Origin: an uncultured Lentisphaerales bacterium
GTDB lineage: Bacteria; Verrucomicrobiota; Lentisphaeria; JABSQK01; UBA12247
DNA: 64,000 nt
Direction of reading: 5' to 3'
Assembly: GCA_943788985.1 (NCBI GenBank)
Contig: CALSSJ010000005.1
Span: forward strand, 96,001-160,000
Numbering within the stretch: position 1 is the stretch's first letter; each line of letters begins with the position of its first letter. A model generated the notes under the pieces. It saw only the letters and a list, made by a program, of their open reading frames with translations. It ran no database searches and was not told where the DNA came from. Both the position numbers and the translations under genes were made by a program. Below are positions 22,973 to 33,322 of this stretch, piece after piece.

Positions 22973-23437
22973 TCAGTCGGAGATGGTAACCTGCATCACC
23001 ACATCGGTGCCCGGGCGATCACCGCGACCGGTCTGGGTGGTGCCGATCTTGTTGACCACGTCCATGCCTTCCGCGACTTTGCCGAATACTGCATGCTTAC
23101 CATCCAGATGCGGCGTCGGCCCGAGTGTAATGAAAAACTGCGATCCGCCCGTGTTGGGGCCCGCGTTTGCCATCGACAAAACGCCTGCCTCATCATGCCG
23201 TAGCTGCGGGTGAAACTCGTCCTGAATCTTGTAGCCAGGTCCGCCAGTGCCTGTCCCTGTGGGGCAGCCGCCCTGGATCATGAAGCCACTGATGACACGG
23301 TGGAAAATCAGGTCATTGTAGTAGCCTTTTTCCGCCAGCGTGATGAAGTTCTCAGTCGTGATCGGTGCCAGATCCTCGTACAAGTCAATTGTGAACTTGC
23401 CGAGGGTCGTTGTGAATGTTGCGGTGCGGTTCGCCAT
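22973..23437 (-). CDS. Cytoplasmic cyclophilin-type peptidyl-prolyl isomerase
   Basis: [41 protein letters not shown]. Confidence 0.96.
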   Translation of the reverse strand: MANRTATFTTTLGKFTIDLYEDLAPITTENFITLAEKGYYNDLIFHRVISGFMIQGGCPTGTGTGGPGYKIQDEFHPQLRHDEAGVLSMANAGPNTGGSQFFITLGPTPHLDGKHAVFGKVAEGMDVVNKIGTTQTGRGDRPGTDVVMQVTISD

Positions 23438-23502
23438 GTCGTCTCCTTGTTAGTGTATTGGTGGGGCACTCTACCCGTGCCAGTGTCTTGCGTCAACGGG
23501 AT

Positions 23503-25077
23503 TTACCCTGCTTGCGCGATCCCTGCCTCCAAACGTGCCAGTACGCGCTCGCGTCCCAGCAGTGCCGCAGTCTCGTAAATGCCCGCGCCTACGCTTTGCC
23601 CGGTGAGCGCGACACGAATCGGTTGATTCAGCTTGCCCTGCTTCATTTCCGCCGCTTCCGTCACACCGTGAATTGCGGACTCAATGCCCGCAACGTCGAA
23701 GGCCTCGAGTCCGGAGAAAGCAGCGGCTAAAGCCCGCAGGCGATCTGCCACTCCGTCCTTTGCCAGGTGCTTCCGCACGGCCTTCTCGTCATAAGTCAGC
23801 GTCTCCACGAAGAACGGAGCCCAGCCTGCCACATCCGTAAACAGCTTTGTCCGCGTTTGCAGCAACAGTGCCACTTGGTCAAAAAACTCCCGCTCCCCGC
23901 CAGCCCAATCCTCATCCGCAGCCGCCGCCCAGGCAGCATTTGCGAACTCCGCAAACGGCAGGTCCGCCAGATAGCGACCGTTGAAATCGAGCAGCTTGCG
24001 AAAGTCCATCTGTGCTGGCGAGCTGATCACCCGGTCCAGTGCAAACGCTGCGATCAGCTCCGGCCGCGGCATATACTCGACATCGTGGCCAGGAGACCAG
24101 CCCAGGAGTGTCAGGTAGTTGAACAGTGCATCCGGCTGGTAGCCCTTTGCCCGGAAGTCTCCGACGTAAGCATCGCCATCGCGCTTGCTATATGGCCGTC
24201 CCTGCTGATTCACAATCATCGGCAAATGGGCAAATTGCGGCAATTTCGCACCCAAGCTTGCGTACAAGAACACATGCCGAAACGTATTCTCCACATGGTC
24301 GTCACCCCGAATCACGTGGCTGATTTCCATGGCGATGTCGTCGCACACATTCGCCAGGTGAAACACCGGGTTTCCATCGCTGCGGACGATCACCTGGTCA
24401 CGCATGCTGTCCAGGGGCTTGCTCAAATGCCCTTTCACTAAGTCCGTGAACTGCACTTCCCGGCGTTGAAAAACCATGCGGACGGCACCTGCCACTTCGT
24501 GCGCCACTGTCCCGTCCAGGATCCCGCCTACCTCATCATCCAGCCCCAGCAGCAGCGTGCCCGCTGCATTGTATAGCTGCAAGCCCTTGAAGCCCGCCAG
24601 CGTCCCTTGCTGCGGCGCTGGCTTGCCCTTGCGTGTCCGCAGGGAGTAGCTCACGCCCGTCTGGTCGACGCAAACCGGCTCGTCCGCATGCAATTCCAGC
24701 TCGACGCTCTCCGTATCCACGACGAATGGCAATCCAGCTGTGTTCCAGGGAAACCGTAGCAACGTTGCCTCGCCGCCATCCCCTTTGGCAAAACGATACG
24801 CATGCCCGCCTTCCAACAGCGACTCTGCCGCCGTCAAGTGGGCCTCCCGCTGGGCGCTCTGGTAGACCGGCTCGCCATCAAAGGTGAGGCCCATCCACTC
24901 CATGACCCCAAACAGCGCCTGCACCGCCTCGTCTGTCGACCGCTCCCGGTCTGTGTCCTCTATTCGTAACAGAAACTCGCCGCCGCAACTCCGGGCTGCA
25001 AGCCAATTAAAAATCGCCGTGCGAATATTGCCTATGTGAATATTTCCAGTCGGCGAAGGGGCAAATCGAACGCGCAT
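23503..25077 (-). CDS. gltX: Glutamate--tRNA ligase with internal insertion
   Basis: RFAPSPTG, HIGN, LRIEDTD, VIRGDDH, YSKR (KMSKS-like), anticodon-binding domain PIRVALTG. Confidence 0.95.
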   Translation of the reverse strand: MRVRFAPSPTGNIHIGNIRTAIFNWLAARSCGGEFLLRIEDTDRERSTDEAVQALFGVMEWMGLTFDGEPVYQSAQREAHLTAAESLLEGGHAYRFAKGDGGEATLLRFPWNTAGLPFVVDTESVELELHADEPVCVDQTGVSYSLRTRKGKPAPQQGTLAGFKGLQLYNAAGTLLLGLDDEVGGILDGTVAHEVAGAVRMVFQRREVQFTDLVKGHLSKPLDSMRDQVIVRSDGNPVFHLANVCDDIAMEISHVIRGDDHVENTFRHVFLYASLGAKLPQFAHLPMIVNQQGRPYSKRDGDAYVGDFRAKGYQPDALFNYLTLLGWSPGHDVEYMPRPELIAAFALDRVISSPAQMDFRKLLDFNGRYLADLPFAEFANAAWAAAADEDWAGGEREFFDQVALLLQTRTKLFTDVAGWAPFFVETLTYDEKAVRKHLAKDGVADRLRALAAAFSGLEAFDVAGIESAIHGVTEAAEMKQGKLNQPIRVALTGQSVGAGIYETAALLGRERVLARLEAGIAQAG

Positions 25078-25194
25078 AGCAAGCATCCTCTCAACATGAT
25101 AAAATCAGCAACTTAGCACGACTCGCGCCAACTGAGACGGGCCTTCCCCGTCCAGCCCTGTCCGGAAATTCTCACGCATCTGGCGGTATCTAGA

Positions 25195-25222
25195 TTGACA
25201 GTAAAACAGTTGAACGTACTTT
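25195..25222 (+). promoter_or_regulatory. Possible sigma70 promoter
   Basis: TTGACA-N16-TACTTT in the AT-richer divergent intergenic region upstream of 25336. Confidence 0.35.
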
Positions 25223-25335
25223 TGCTTATCAAAGCGGGATTGCGGTTCACACGCGCGGTATCACAAAAACTTCCTTTTGAGGCGAAATATCAAGCAAGCA
25301 CCGGCCACGCTAACTCGGTTTATGTATAGTTACTG

Positions 25336-26394
25336 ATGGCAAATTGGACAAAATCACGGCCCAACGTCTGGGAAACTCGTTCTCCGGATTTAGAAACGCT
25401 GTTGGCCTCCACTATTCTGGCAGTTTGTATACTGCTGGGAGCACATAATTTTCTGCGTATCCCATCGCCCTGGCCTACTCTGCTGGGGTTGGGCGGTTTT
25501 ATGGTGATTCTGACCATCTCAATCTGCGCAATTCGCACGGTGACTTTGGATACGAAACGCTGCATTTTGCGGAGCCGTTGGCTGTTAGGAATGACCGAGG
25601 TGCTGAAGTTCAAGAGCGGTATGATCCGGGTCCGCTGGATCTCCGCGTTCGGCCAGTATCGGGCAGCTGTTCAGCTTAAGATAGGTCGAAAGGAGCGCAC
25701 TCTTTTTACGGCCAGTGATCCTATTTCGGCATGGCGTCTCGGGTACCGAATAGCTCAGGACATGGGCGTGGACTTCATTGATGACCTGTATGCTTCGTGT
25801 CGTGTTCGGTCTTCACGCGCGTTATTTTCTGACTGGAGGCCGGTCGATATTGGCCCGCGGAGAAACGCGCCACGGCACCTCTGGTGCAAGCTTGCGGAAG
25901 AAGACGGCGAGTTTGTTGCCGTCTCGCCTGCCCAGTATTATTCCTTTCCAGCAGTAGCCTCGCTGGCTGTGTTTTCGACTCCGTTTAGTGTTGTGATCGC
26001 GGCGTGGTGCGCCTCTCATGAATACTACCTGCTTGCCGCTCCTGCCATCATGGCGACCGTCTGTGGCGCTGTCTGTTTCGGGGCCTACGGGCTGGAGCGC
26101 TGGCGTCGGCTGTTTGACCCATTCTATGACGAGATCCTCGCCGTCAGTGCGCAGCGAGTGCTGATTGAGCGCCGCTTTTTCGGATTTGTGCACAAGGTAG
26201 AGGTGGCCAAGTCCACCATGCGCTTGTTCCGTGCCGTTATTGTCGACGAGCCCTACGTCAAAAGCATCGTCGCAATCGGGGACTCCGATGGCATCACCTT
26301 CGGCGCGAACCTATCCGAACATGAGCTGCGCCACATTCACGGCCGCGCCTGTGACGTCCTCATGGAACCTCGGCAGAGCTCTCGCCGTGAGTGA
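25336..26394 (+). CDS. Hypothetical membrane protein (two TM-hairpin plus beta-rich modules)
   Basis: 352-aa ORF with two pairs of hydrophobic helices; overlaps the next gene. Confidence 0.65.
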   Translation: MANWTKSRPNVWETRSPDLETLLASTILAVCILLGAHNFLRIPSPWPTLLGLGGFMVILTISICAIRTVTLDTKRCILRSRWLLGMTEVLKFKSGMIRVRWISAFGQYRAAVQLKIGRKERTLFTASDPISAWRLGYRIAQDMGVDFIDDLYASCRVRSSRALFSDWRPVDIGPRRNAPRHLWCKLAEEDGEFVAVSPAQYYSFPAVASLAVFSTPFSVVIAAWCASHEYYLLAAPAIMATVCGAVCFGAYGLERWRRLFDPFYDEILAVSAQRVLIERRFFGFVHKVEVAKSTMRLFRAVIVDEPYVKSIVAIGDSDGITFGANLSEHELRHIHGRACDVLMEPRQSSRRE

Positions 26395-27637
26395 CGGCGC
26401 GGCGGTGCTTGCCCCATGGCGCGAATCTGCGCCCCTTTTCGATAAGCTCACAGCCAAGGAGCGGGTGTTCTTGGCGGAAGCTGGCGAGCGTCTCGCCTTC
26501 ACCCATCAGGAACGCCGACAGCTCATCGAGATGGCGCGGGACCTGCAGCATTGGGGCGCAGGGTCCCTCGGGGATTATTGGCCCAAAGAAAAGCCCAACG
26601 CCCGCAAAATCCTGCTCCGGGATCTCCGGCTGCGCATTGGCCAGTTGCGGGCAGGTGAGAAGGACTTCAGCGATCCCCCACTGCTCAAACCCGTAAAGCT
26701 GAGCAAAGAGCTGGCAACCACCGAGCGCAAGATCCATGGCATGTGTCCAGTGGCGTCTCCGGAGACCGTTTGTTGCAACCTGCGGACTATCGACACGGTT
26801 GAGAACTGCGGATTTGGCTGTAGCTATTGCACTATTCAGACTTTCTACGGCAAGTCCGTCACCTTCGACGCGAACCTGCCAGAGAAGCTGCGGGCCTTGA
26901 GCGAGACCCTCGACCCCACGCGAAACTATCACTACGGGACCGGCCAGTCTTCGGATTCGCTGATGTGGGGTAATCAACACGGTAATCTTGACGACCTCTG
27001 CTCGTTTGCCCGCGAGAACCCAAACATCCTGCTCGAGTTCAAAACCAAGAGCAAGAACGTCTCCCATTTCCTTAAGTCGGAAGACCTGCCCCGTAACCTG
27101 GTCTGCAGCTGGTCACTGAATCCTCAGGCGGTGATCGACAGCGAGGAACATTTCACTGCGTCACTCGACGAGCGGCTCCGTGCTGCCCGCGCCGTGGCTG
27201 ACCGCGGAATCGGCGTCTCCTTTCACTTTCACCCCATGATCGTCTACGATGGCTGGGAGAGCGATTACCCGGCTTTGGTCGAGCGCGTACTTGCGGAGTT
27301 CGCACCCCATGAGATTCTATTCATATCGATGGGCTCTGTGACCTTCATCCGCCCCGTGATCCGCGCTATCCGCGAGCGCGAGCGCCCCACCAAGATGCTG
27401 CAGATGGACCTGGTCCCCACGGCCAAGGGGAAACTCAGTTATCCCCCAGACCTCAAAAAGCAGCAGTTTCAGACGTTGTATCGCAGTTTTGCACCTTGGC
27501 ACGACCAGGTCTTTTTCTACCTGTGTATGGAGCAGGCGGAGTTTTGGGAGTCCACATTCGGCGCATACTATCCGACCAACGAGGACTTCGAGCACGCGCT
27601 CATGTCCGCCTCTCGCAGTAAACTTGGGCTTTCTTGA
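26387..27637 (+). CDS. Spore photoproduct lyase (SplB)-like radical SAM protein
   Basis: CGFGCSYC (CxxxCxxC), GTGQSSDSL, LEFKTKS, SWSLNP, RL.AA, FHFHP, YLCME; GTG start overlapping the upstream stop. Confidence 0.85.
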   Translation: MSDGAAVLAPWRESAPLFDKLTAKERVFLAEAGERLAFTHQERRQLIEMARDLQHWGAGSLGDYWPKEKPNARKILLRDLRLRIGQLRAGEKDFSDPPLLKPVKLSKELATTERKIHGMCPVASPETVCCNLRTIDTVENCGFGCSYCTIQTFYGKSVTFDANLPEKLRALSETLDPTRNYHYGTGQSSDSLMWGNQHGNLDDLCSFARENPNILLEFKTKSKNVSHFLKSEDLPRNLVCSWSLNPQAVIDSEEHFTASLDERLRAARAVADRGIGVSFHFHPMIVYDGWESDYPALVERVLAEFAPHEILFISMGSVTFIRPVIRAIRERERPTKMLQMDLVPTAKGKLSYPPDLKKQQFQTLYRSFAPWHDQVFFYLCMEQAEFWESTFGAYYPTNEDFEHALMSASRSKLGLS

Positions 27638-27698
27638 ACTTGCTAGGCTCTGATTTACGGCTAGGTTCGCCCAACTTCCTAAATCTCCGCTGAGCATC

Positions 27699-29081
27699 AT
27701 GTCCGAACCAGAAGACATTCTCGCATACATCAACGACGAGCACCGGCATTACGGTCTGCAGCAGGTGAGTCAAGCTAACTCACTGAGCTACTTCCTGCCG
27801 CTGCTGCACGAATTGTTCAATGGTGCCGAGGCCAAGACCAAAGTCGTGTTTACCATTCTGCACGAGCTCATGACCGATGATCGCGTGCAATGGACTCGCG
27901 CCGAACTCGACGAGAAGTGCCACTGGGTGCGCGAGCGCCAGTGGGCCTACCTCCTGCAACGGATGACCTATGTCGGCTGGTTAGAGTTCTACCGGGAGTC
28001 CGGTAGCTACATGATCAGTGATAAGGGTGAAACCCTGATGCGGCTGCTCAGTCGTTTTTCTATGGGGGCCGAGCTGGTCGAGAACGAAGGTGCCGCGGTT
28101 GCCGAGATCGAGTTCAGCCTGCTGCTTAGCGCTACTGATGTCTCCGACCGGCTGCGCTTCCTGCGAAACCGCCTGCAGAAGCACATCTCCCGTGCCGAAA
28201 CCGCGCTTGAATCCCAGTCCGCGTATCTTATCCTTGAGATCTACGGGCAGCTCAAGTCCGCCTATCGCTGGGCAGAGCAGACCCGTACCACACTCGACCA
28301 TATCGACCCGGATGACGACGATACCGAGACGTGGAATGGGATCCGCGACATTCACGACTACCTGTCGCGCCTCCATGAACTGATCTCCGAGATGCAGCTG
28401 CGCCTCCAAATCATCCAGCGCCAGCAGATCGACATTGCCCAATATGGCCTGACCCAACTTGATTTTGATAACTTCCTAGTTAATCAGTCCGTGGAATCTC
28501 TCAGTGACCTGATTCGGCCCCATCTCCAAAAAATTCCCCACAGCTTTCTGGCGATCGAAGCACACGTATTCGAGGAAGCGCGTGACATTTTTGAGCGAGA
28601 AGCTGGCGAGGAGGTGCCAGTGCGCGATTGGGACACCGACGTGCAAGAAGGCGAGGAGACCGGAGAGTCAGAACCTGCAGTCGAGTTGGAAGCCTTCACC
28701 AGTGCCCTGCAGCGCGCCCCCACATCGTGGGCCTCTGCCCAATCCGTATTTGCTGGCGCCGATTGGTCTAATGCTGCCTATCGCATGTCTCTGCTTACCC
28801 TGCTCGCCGATCGAGACGCCCGCTTCGACACCGGCGAACGCAGCAATGACCCAGTTGTAAATCTGCCAGTAGACGTCGTTTTCAGCGAAGATAAGCCACT
28901 CATTGCTGTCGAGGTCAACGACGAGACTTGGCAGATGACGCCCGGCGAACTGCGCCGTCGTAACCCCCACCCCAGGAGCCACAAGTGGAACTTGACGAAC
29001 AGCCTCAGGATCAGCTGCAGGAGATCTGCTCGCTGCTTATCGCCAACGGATACATCCCCAAGGATCAATTCCAGCAGTTGA
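27699..29081 (+). CDS. MukF/MksF/JetA-like kleisin subunit (true end probably ~28995)
   Basis: N-terminal winged-helix-like segment (WTRAEL...LQRM..VGWL...Y.IS.KG), long helical bundle, acidic linker; directly upstream of a KITE-like gene; family assignment recalled, not searched. Confidence 0.6.
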   Translation: MSEPEDILAYINDEHRHYGLQQVSQANSLSYFLPLLHELFNGAEAKTKVVFTILHELMTDDRVQWTRAELDEKCHWVRERQWAYLLQRMTYVGWLEFYRESGSYMISDKGETLMRLLSRFSMGAELVENEGAAVAEIEFSLLLSATDVSDRLRFLRNRLQKHISRAETALESQSAYLILEIYGQLKSAYRWAEQTRTTLDHIDPDDDDTETWNGIRDIHDYLSRLHELISEMQLRLQIIQRQQIDIAQYGLTQLDFDNFLVNQSVESLSDLIRPHLQKIPHSFLAIEAHVFEEARDIFEREAGEEVPVRDWDTDVQEGEETGESEPAVELEAFTSALQRAPTSWASAQSVFAGADWSNAAYRMSLLTLLADRDARFDTGERSNDPVVNLPVDVVFSEDKPLIAVEVNDETWQMTPGELRRRNPHPRSHKWNLTNSLRISCRRSARCLSPTDTSPRINSSS

Positions 29082-29623
29082 TGTACGATGATGAATTGCG
29101 CGCCCGCGTCGAGAACCGTCTCGACCTTGTCGGCCTCAAACTGCTGCAGAACGTTTACAGCGCCAACTGGGGCGTCGGGCTCAGCGACCGCACCAGCAGC
29201 GACGAGCGCCTCGAGTGGTCCAACAACTTTGGCCTCGAACGTGGCGCCATGGCCCTGCTCCTTATCATCTGGGTGAAGCTGATCCTGCCCAAAAGACTCG
29301 CCCAAGAGGAGCGCCAGCCCGAGGACGGCACCGTGGCTTCCCTCTTTCCGCAGATCGAAACCGTTCCCCAGCCTCGCGTGAGTGTTAATCGTGACCAGAT
29401 TGTTGCGGAGTTCGCAGATCTGCTCGGCGGCATCACCCTCGTCGGCAAGTACCTCGCCCAGTTGTCGCGGGGCCCCAAGCTCATTCGCTGCCACGGGGGC
29501 CTGGTCGAGGAAGGCCCGCTGCTTTCCCTCGTGGTCGACGAAACCAAGCTTGGCGACGAACTCCGCCGCGATGTCCTGCTCAGTGTGCTCAAGCGCGAAC
29601 ACAGCGCTGGGTACCCGCGCTGA
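28985..29623 (+). CDS. MukE/MksE/JetB-like KITE subunit
   Basis: AGGAG then GTG; V..RL..VGL.L, ALLL.IW..LILPKR, EGPLL tandem winged-helix pattern resembling DUF4194-like proteins. Confidence 0.62.
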   Translation: MELDEQPQDQLQEICSLLIANGYIPKDQFQQLMYDDELRARVENRLDLVGLKLLQNVYSANWGVGLSDRTSSDERLEWSNNFGLERGAMALLLIIWVKLILPKRLAQEERQPEDGTVASLFPQIETVPQPRVSVNRDQIVAEFADLLGGITLVGKYLAQLSRGPKLIRCHGGLVEEGPLLSLVVDETKLGDELRRDVLLSVLKREHSAGYPR

Positions 29624-29631
29624 CTTAAGTC

Positions 29632-30129
29632 ATGATCGTCGGAATCATCAGCGATAGCCATGACCACCTGCCGAACCTGCGGCAGGCAATGGCAGACTTA
29701 CAAAACCGCGGTGCCAGCGCCATCATTCACTGTGGCGACCTCAGCGCCCCCTTCGTCACGAAAGAGCTTGGCGCCTTTGCCGGGCCCGTGCATACCGTCT
29801 TTGGCAACAATGACGCCGATCGCTTTCTCGCGCAGAAACTCGCCCCGGAGAACGTTCATCACCACGGTGAATTCGGCTTCATTGAGCTCGACGGCAAGCG
29901 TCTTGGCTTCACCCACTACGCCGAGTACGCCCGCGGCTTTGCCGCCAGCGGCCAGTGCGATGCAGCATTCTACGGCCACAGCCATGAGCACGCGCATGAG
30001 CTTGTGGCGGATTGCCTTGCACTTAATCCAGGCGAGCTTCTCGGGATGAAGGGGCCGCCAGCATTCTGCACCTACGATACGCAGACTGATCGTTTCGAGC
30101 ACATCATTTTCCCGCACCAGAGGTGGTGA
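29632..30129 (+). CDS. YfcE-family metallophosphoesterase
   Basis: SDSHD, HCGD, GNND, THY, GHSH, NPG. Confidence 0.92.
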   Translation: MIVGIISDSHDHLPNLRQAMADLQNRGASAIIHCGDLSAPFVTKELGAFAGPVHTVFGNNDADRFLAQKLAPENVHHHGEFGFIELDGKRLGFTHYAEYARGFAASGQCDAAFYGHSHEHAHELVADCLALNPGELLGMKGPPAFCTYDTQTDRFEHIIFPHQRW

Positions 30130-30135
30130 TTCGCT

Positions 30136-32405
30136 ATGCCAGACGACCCCAAAAATCCCTACCAAGGCCCCGCAGGTGGCTGGGGAGCACTTGCCGCCAG
30201 CGCCGAGATTATCACCCGCGGAAAAAAGCCATCGCGCGTGGCCTCGGCCGCGTTGCTTCGGGTGGTAAACCAGAAGGACGGCTTCGACTGCCCCGGCTGC
30301 GCCTGGCCTGATCCTCACGACCACCGATCTGCCTTCGAGTTCTGCGAGAACGGCGTCAAAGCCGTCGTTTGGGAATCCACGTCTAAGCGCGTCCGACGCC
30401 GCCTTCTTTGCCAAGCACACCGTTTGCGAACTCCGCAAAAAAGAGCGACCACTGGCTGGAGTCGCAAGGGCGCCTGGTCAATCCGCTCGCCTACGACCCC
30501 AAGACCGACCACTTTGCTCCCATCCCCTGGTCCGAAGCCTTCGAGACGATCGGCGCGACCCTGCGGTCGCTGGACGATCCCAACCAGGCGGCCTTCTACA
30601 CCTCCGGCCCCGCGCCAGCAACGAAGCGGCGTACCTCTATCAGCTCTTCGTCCGCATGTTCGGCACCAACAACCTGCCGGGACTGTTCGAACCTGTGCCA
30701 CGAAGTCCAGCGGCGTCGGGCTCAACCCAGACCATCGGAATTGGGAAGGGGACCGTCTCGCTCGCGGACTTCGATGAGGCCGATGCCATCTTTGTCATCG
30801 GCCAAAATCCAGGCACAAACCACCCTCGCATGCTCAGCGCCCTCCAGGGAGCGGCCAGACGCGGGGCCCAAATCGTGGCCATCAACCCACTCGTCGAGCG
30901 CGGTCTCGAGAAGTTCCTGCATCCGCAGGAGGCCGGGGCCATGCTGTGCAACAAGGCCACCCCGATCGCCACTGCCTATTTGCAGCCCACCATCGGCGGC
31001 GATCTTGCCCTGCTCACCGGTATCTGCAAGCACATTCTTGCCGCCGAAGACGCAGCACCCGGGACCATTCTGGACCATGCCTTTATCGATGAGCACACCA
31101 ACCAGTTTTGCGGAGTTTGCAGAATCCGTACGTGCAGCAGACTGGGAGACCATCGAGACCCAGTCCGGATTGCGGAGTTCGCAAATCCAGGAGGTGGCGG
31201 ACATTTACTTGCAGGCCAAGTCTGTGATCTGCTGCTGGGCCATGGGCCTGACGCAGCACACCCACGGCGTCGCCACCATCCAATTCGTGGTGAACCTGCT
31301 GCTCATGCGTGGCAACATTGGCCGTCCAGGAGCCGGCGCCTGCCCCGTGCGCGGGCACAGCAACGTGCAGGGCAATCGGACCGTGGGCATCAACCACCAC
31401 CTGCCTCCTGCCTTTGGCGAGAAAATGGAGAAGCTCTACGACTTCAAAGCCCCCACGACGCATGGCTACGACGTAGTCGAGGCCATCAAAGCCATGAATG
31501 ATGGCCGCGTACGCGTGTTTATGGCACTGGGCGGTAACCTGGTGCCGGCCTCCCCGGATACCGAACTTACTGCTGCCGCGCTTGAGAAAACTGAGCTGGC
31601 GATTCATGTCGCGACCAAGCTAAACCGGACGCATTTGGTGCACGGGAAGCAGGCGCTCATTCTGCCCTGCCTCGGGCGGACCGAAATCGATCAGCAGGTC
31701 GCCGGTCCACAGGTCGTGACTGTTGAAGATTCGATGGGTGACGTCCATGCGTCCGAGGGCAGAAACGCCCCCGCTGGGGAGCAGTTGCTCTCAGAAACCG
31801 CGATCGTTGCGAACATCGCAGCTGCCACGCTCCCGCCGGGGAAACCCGATTGGCGCGGCTTCGTGGCGGACTACGCCACGATTCGCGACCACATCGAGAA
31901 AGTCCTGCCTATCTTCAAGGATTACAACGCCCGTATCGCCGAGCCTGGCGGCTTCAGTCTCAAGAATACTGCTCGCGACCGTGAGTGGATCACCGGCACG
32001 GGCAAGGCTAACTTCACCGTGGCCGCGATTCCGGACCTCACCCTGCCGCCCGGTCGCCTGCGGTTGATGACCATTCGCTCGCATGATCAGTACAACACCA
32101 CGATCTACGGAAACGATGACCGCTATCGTGGGATCAAGGGGCAGCGCACCGTGATCTTGCTCAATGTTGCGGACATCGCAAACCGTGAGATGGCGGCTAG
32201 CGACGCGGTCACGATTACCAGCTTCGGGCCCGACGGGAGAGAGCGCCAAGTGACTGGCTTTACGATTGTCCCGTATGACATCCCCGAAGGCTGCGCTGCT
32301 GCCTATTTTCCGGAGGCAAATCCTCTAGTTGCGATTGACAGCGTCGCCGCTGGCAGCAACACGCCGGTCTCCAAGCTGATCGAGATCGAGATCTCGAGAG
32401 GCTGA
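30136..32405 (+). CDS. FdhF/YdeP-family molybdopterin oxidoreductase, frameshifted in this assembly
   Basis: AGGWGAL, GFDCPGCAWPDP, EFCENG, FGTNNLP, GQNPGTNHPRML, RGHSNVQG, RSHDQYNTTIYG spread over three frames, with extra homopolymer bases at ~30393-30442, ~30608-30727 and ~31100. Confidence 0.9.
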
Positions 32406-32479
32406 CCAGCCTGGATCCTAGCGGCTCTCTTCGCCCGGAGGGAATGCCTGGATTGAGGTTGCTCCTCAGCGTCGAAAGA

Positions 32480-33322
32480 CTAACCCAGGGCTGCGTACAA
32501 CGCCGCCCGCATGGCAGCGACCGGGGCTTCCCGCTGTGTCCAGAGCTCGAAGCTGCGCACGCCCTGGTATAACAGCATTTCCTTGCCATCGGCTGTCTCC
32601 CAGCCGCGCTCGCGGGCAGCGAGTAGAAGTGGGGTAGGGCGATAAATCATGTCGAGCAATCGGCCATTCTCTGGCAAGACCTCGAGCGGGATCGCGCTGG
32701 GATCCTCTGGCTTTAAGCCCATGCTGGAACTCTGGACCACGACGCCTGCAGCAGACAACGCAGTGCGTACAGCATGATTATCCGCGCGGTCGATGACCTG
32801 GATGCTCGCCTCGGTTTGCGAACTCCGCAAGACCTCGGCCAAGGCCTCGGCCCTGGCTTGCGTGCGGTTAATTAGGGTGATTTGGGCAGCGCCCGCGGCA
32901 GCATAGTGACATGCTGTGGCCCGGGCGGCACCGCCAGTGCCCCAGAACAGAATGTGCGCGCCAGCAGCCGGGACCCCGAATGCCTCGCGAATAGAGCGCT
33001 CCAAGCCGTAGCCATCTGTCGACCAGCCGTACAGTTTGCCGTTGTCGTTCAGGACGGTGTTCACGCTCTGGGCGAGCCGGGCGGGAGGATCGATCTCGTC
33101 GAGGAGCGGGAGCATCGCAGCTTTATGTGGGACGGTGATGTTCCAGCCGCGAAAGTCGTCTGCGACAAGTTGTCGGATGCCGTTCTCGAATTCGCCGGGA
33201 TCCAGGGGGAGAAGCTTATACGAGGCGTCAATGCCAAGCGAATCGAAGCCAGCTCCCTGCATTTGTGGGGACACAGAGTGAGTGACGGGCCAGCCGAGTA
33301 CGCCAAATTTTTGCTGGCTCAT
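32480..33322 (-). CDS. aroE: Shikimate dehydrogenase
   Basis: G.PV.HS.SP, NITVPHK, SVNT, TDGYG, GTGGAA, NRT, DMIY, MLLYQG. Confidence 0.95.
   Translation of the reverse strand: MSQQKFGVLGWPVTHSVSPQMQGAGFDSLGIDASYKLLPLDPGEFENGIRQLVADDFRGWNITVPHKAAMLPLLDEIDPPARLAQSVNTVLNDNGKLYGWSTDGYGLERSIREAFGVPAAGAHILFWGTGGAARATACHYAAAGAAQITLINRTQARAEALAEVLRSSQTEASIQVIDRADNHAVRTALSAAGVVVQSSSMGLKPEDPSAIPLEVLPENGRLLDMIYRPTPLLLAARERGWETADGKEMLLYQGVRSFELWTQREAPVAAMRAALYAALG

Noticed and set aside
26387..27637. SplB-like gene as evidence of sporulation
   Set aside because: SplB-like radical SAM proteins occur in many non-sporulating bacteria, and lpxK indicates a diderm.
30136..32405. Programmed frameshifting or selenocysteine in FdhF/YdeP
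   Set aside because: About seven scattered insertions in short homopolymers and no in-frame TGA at the Cys ligand; error or decay is simpler.
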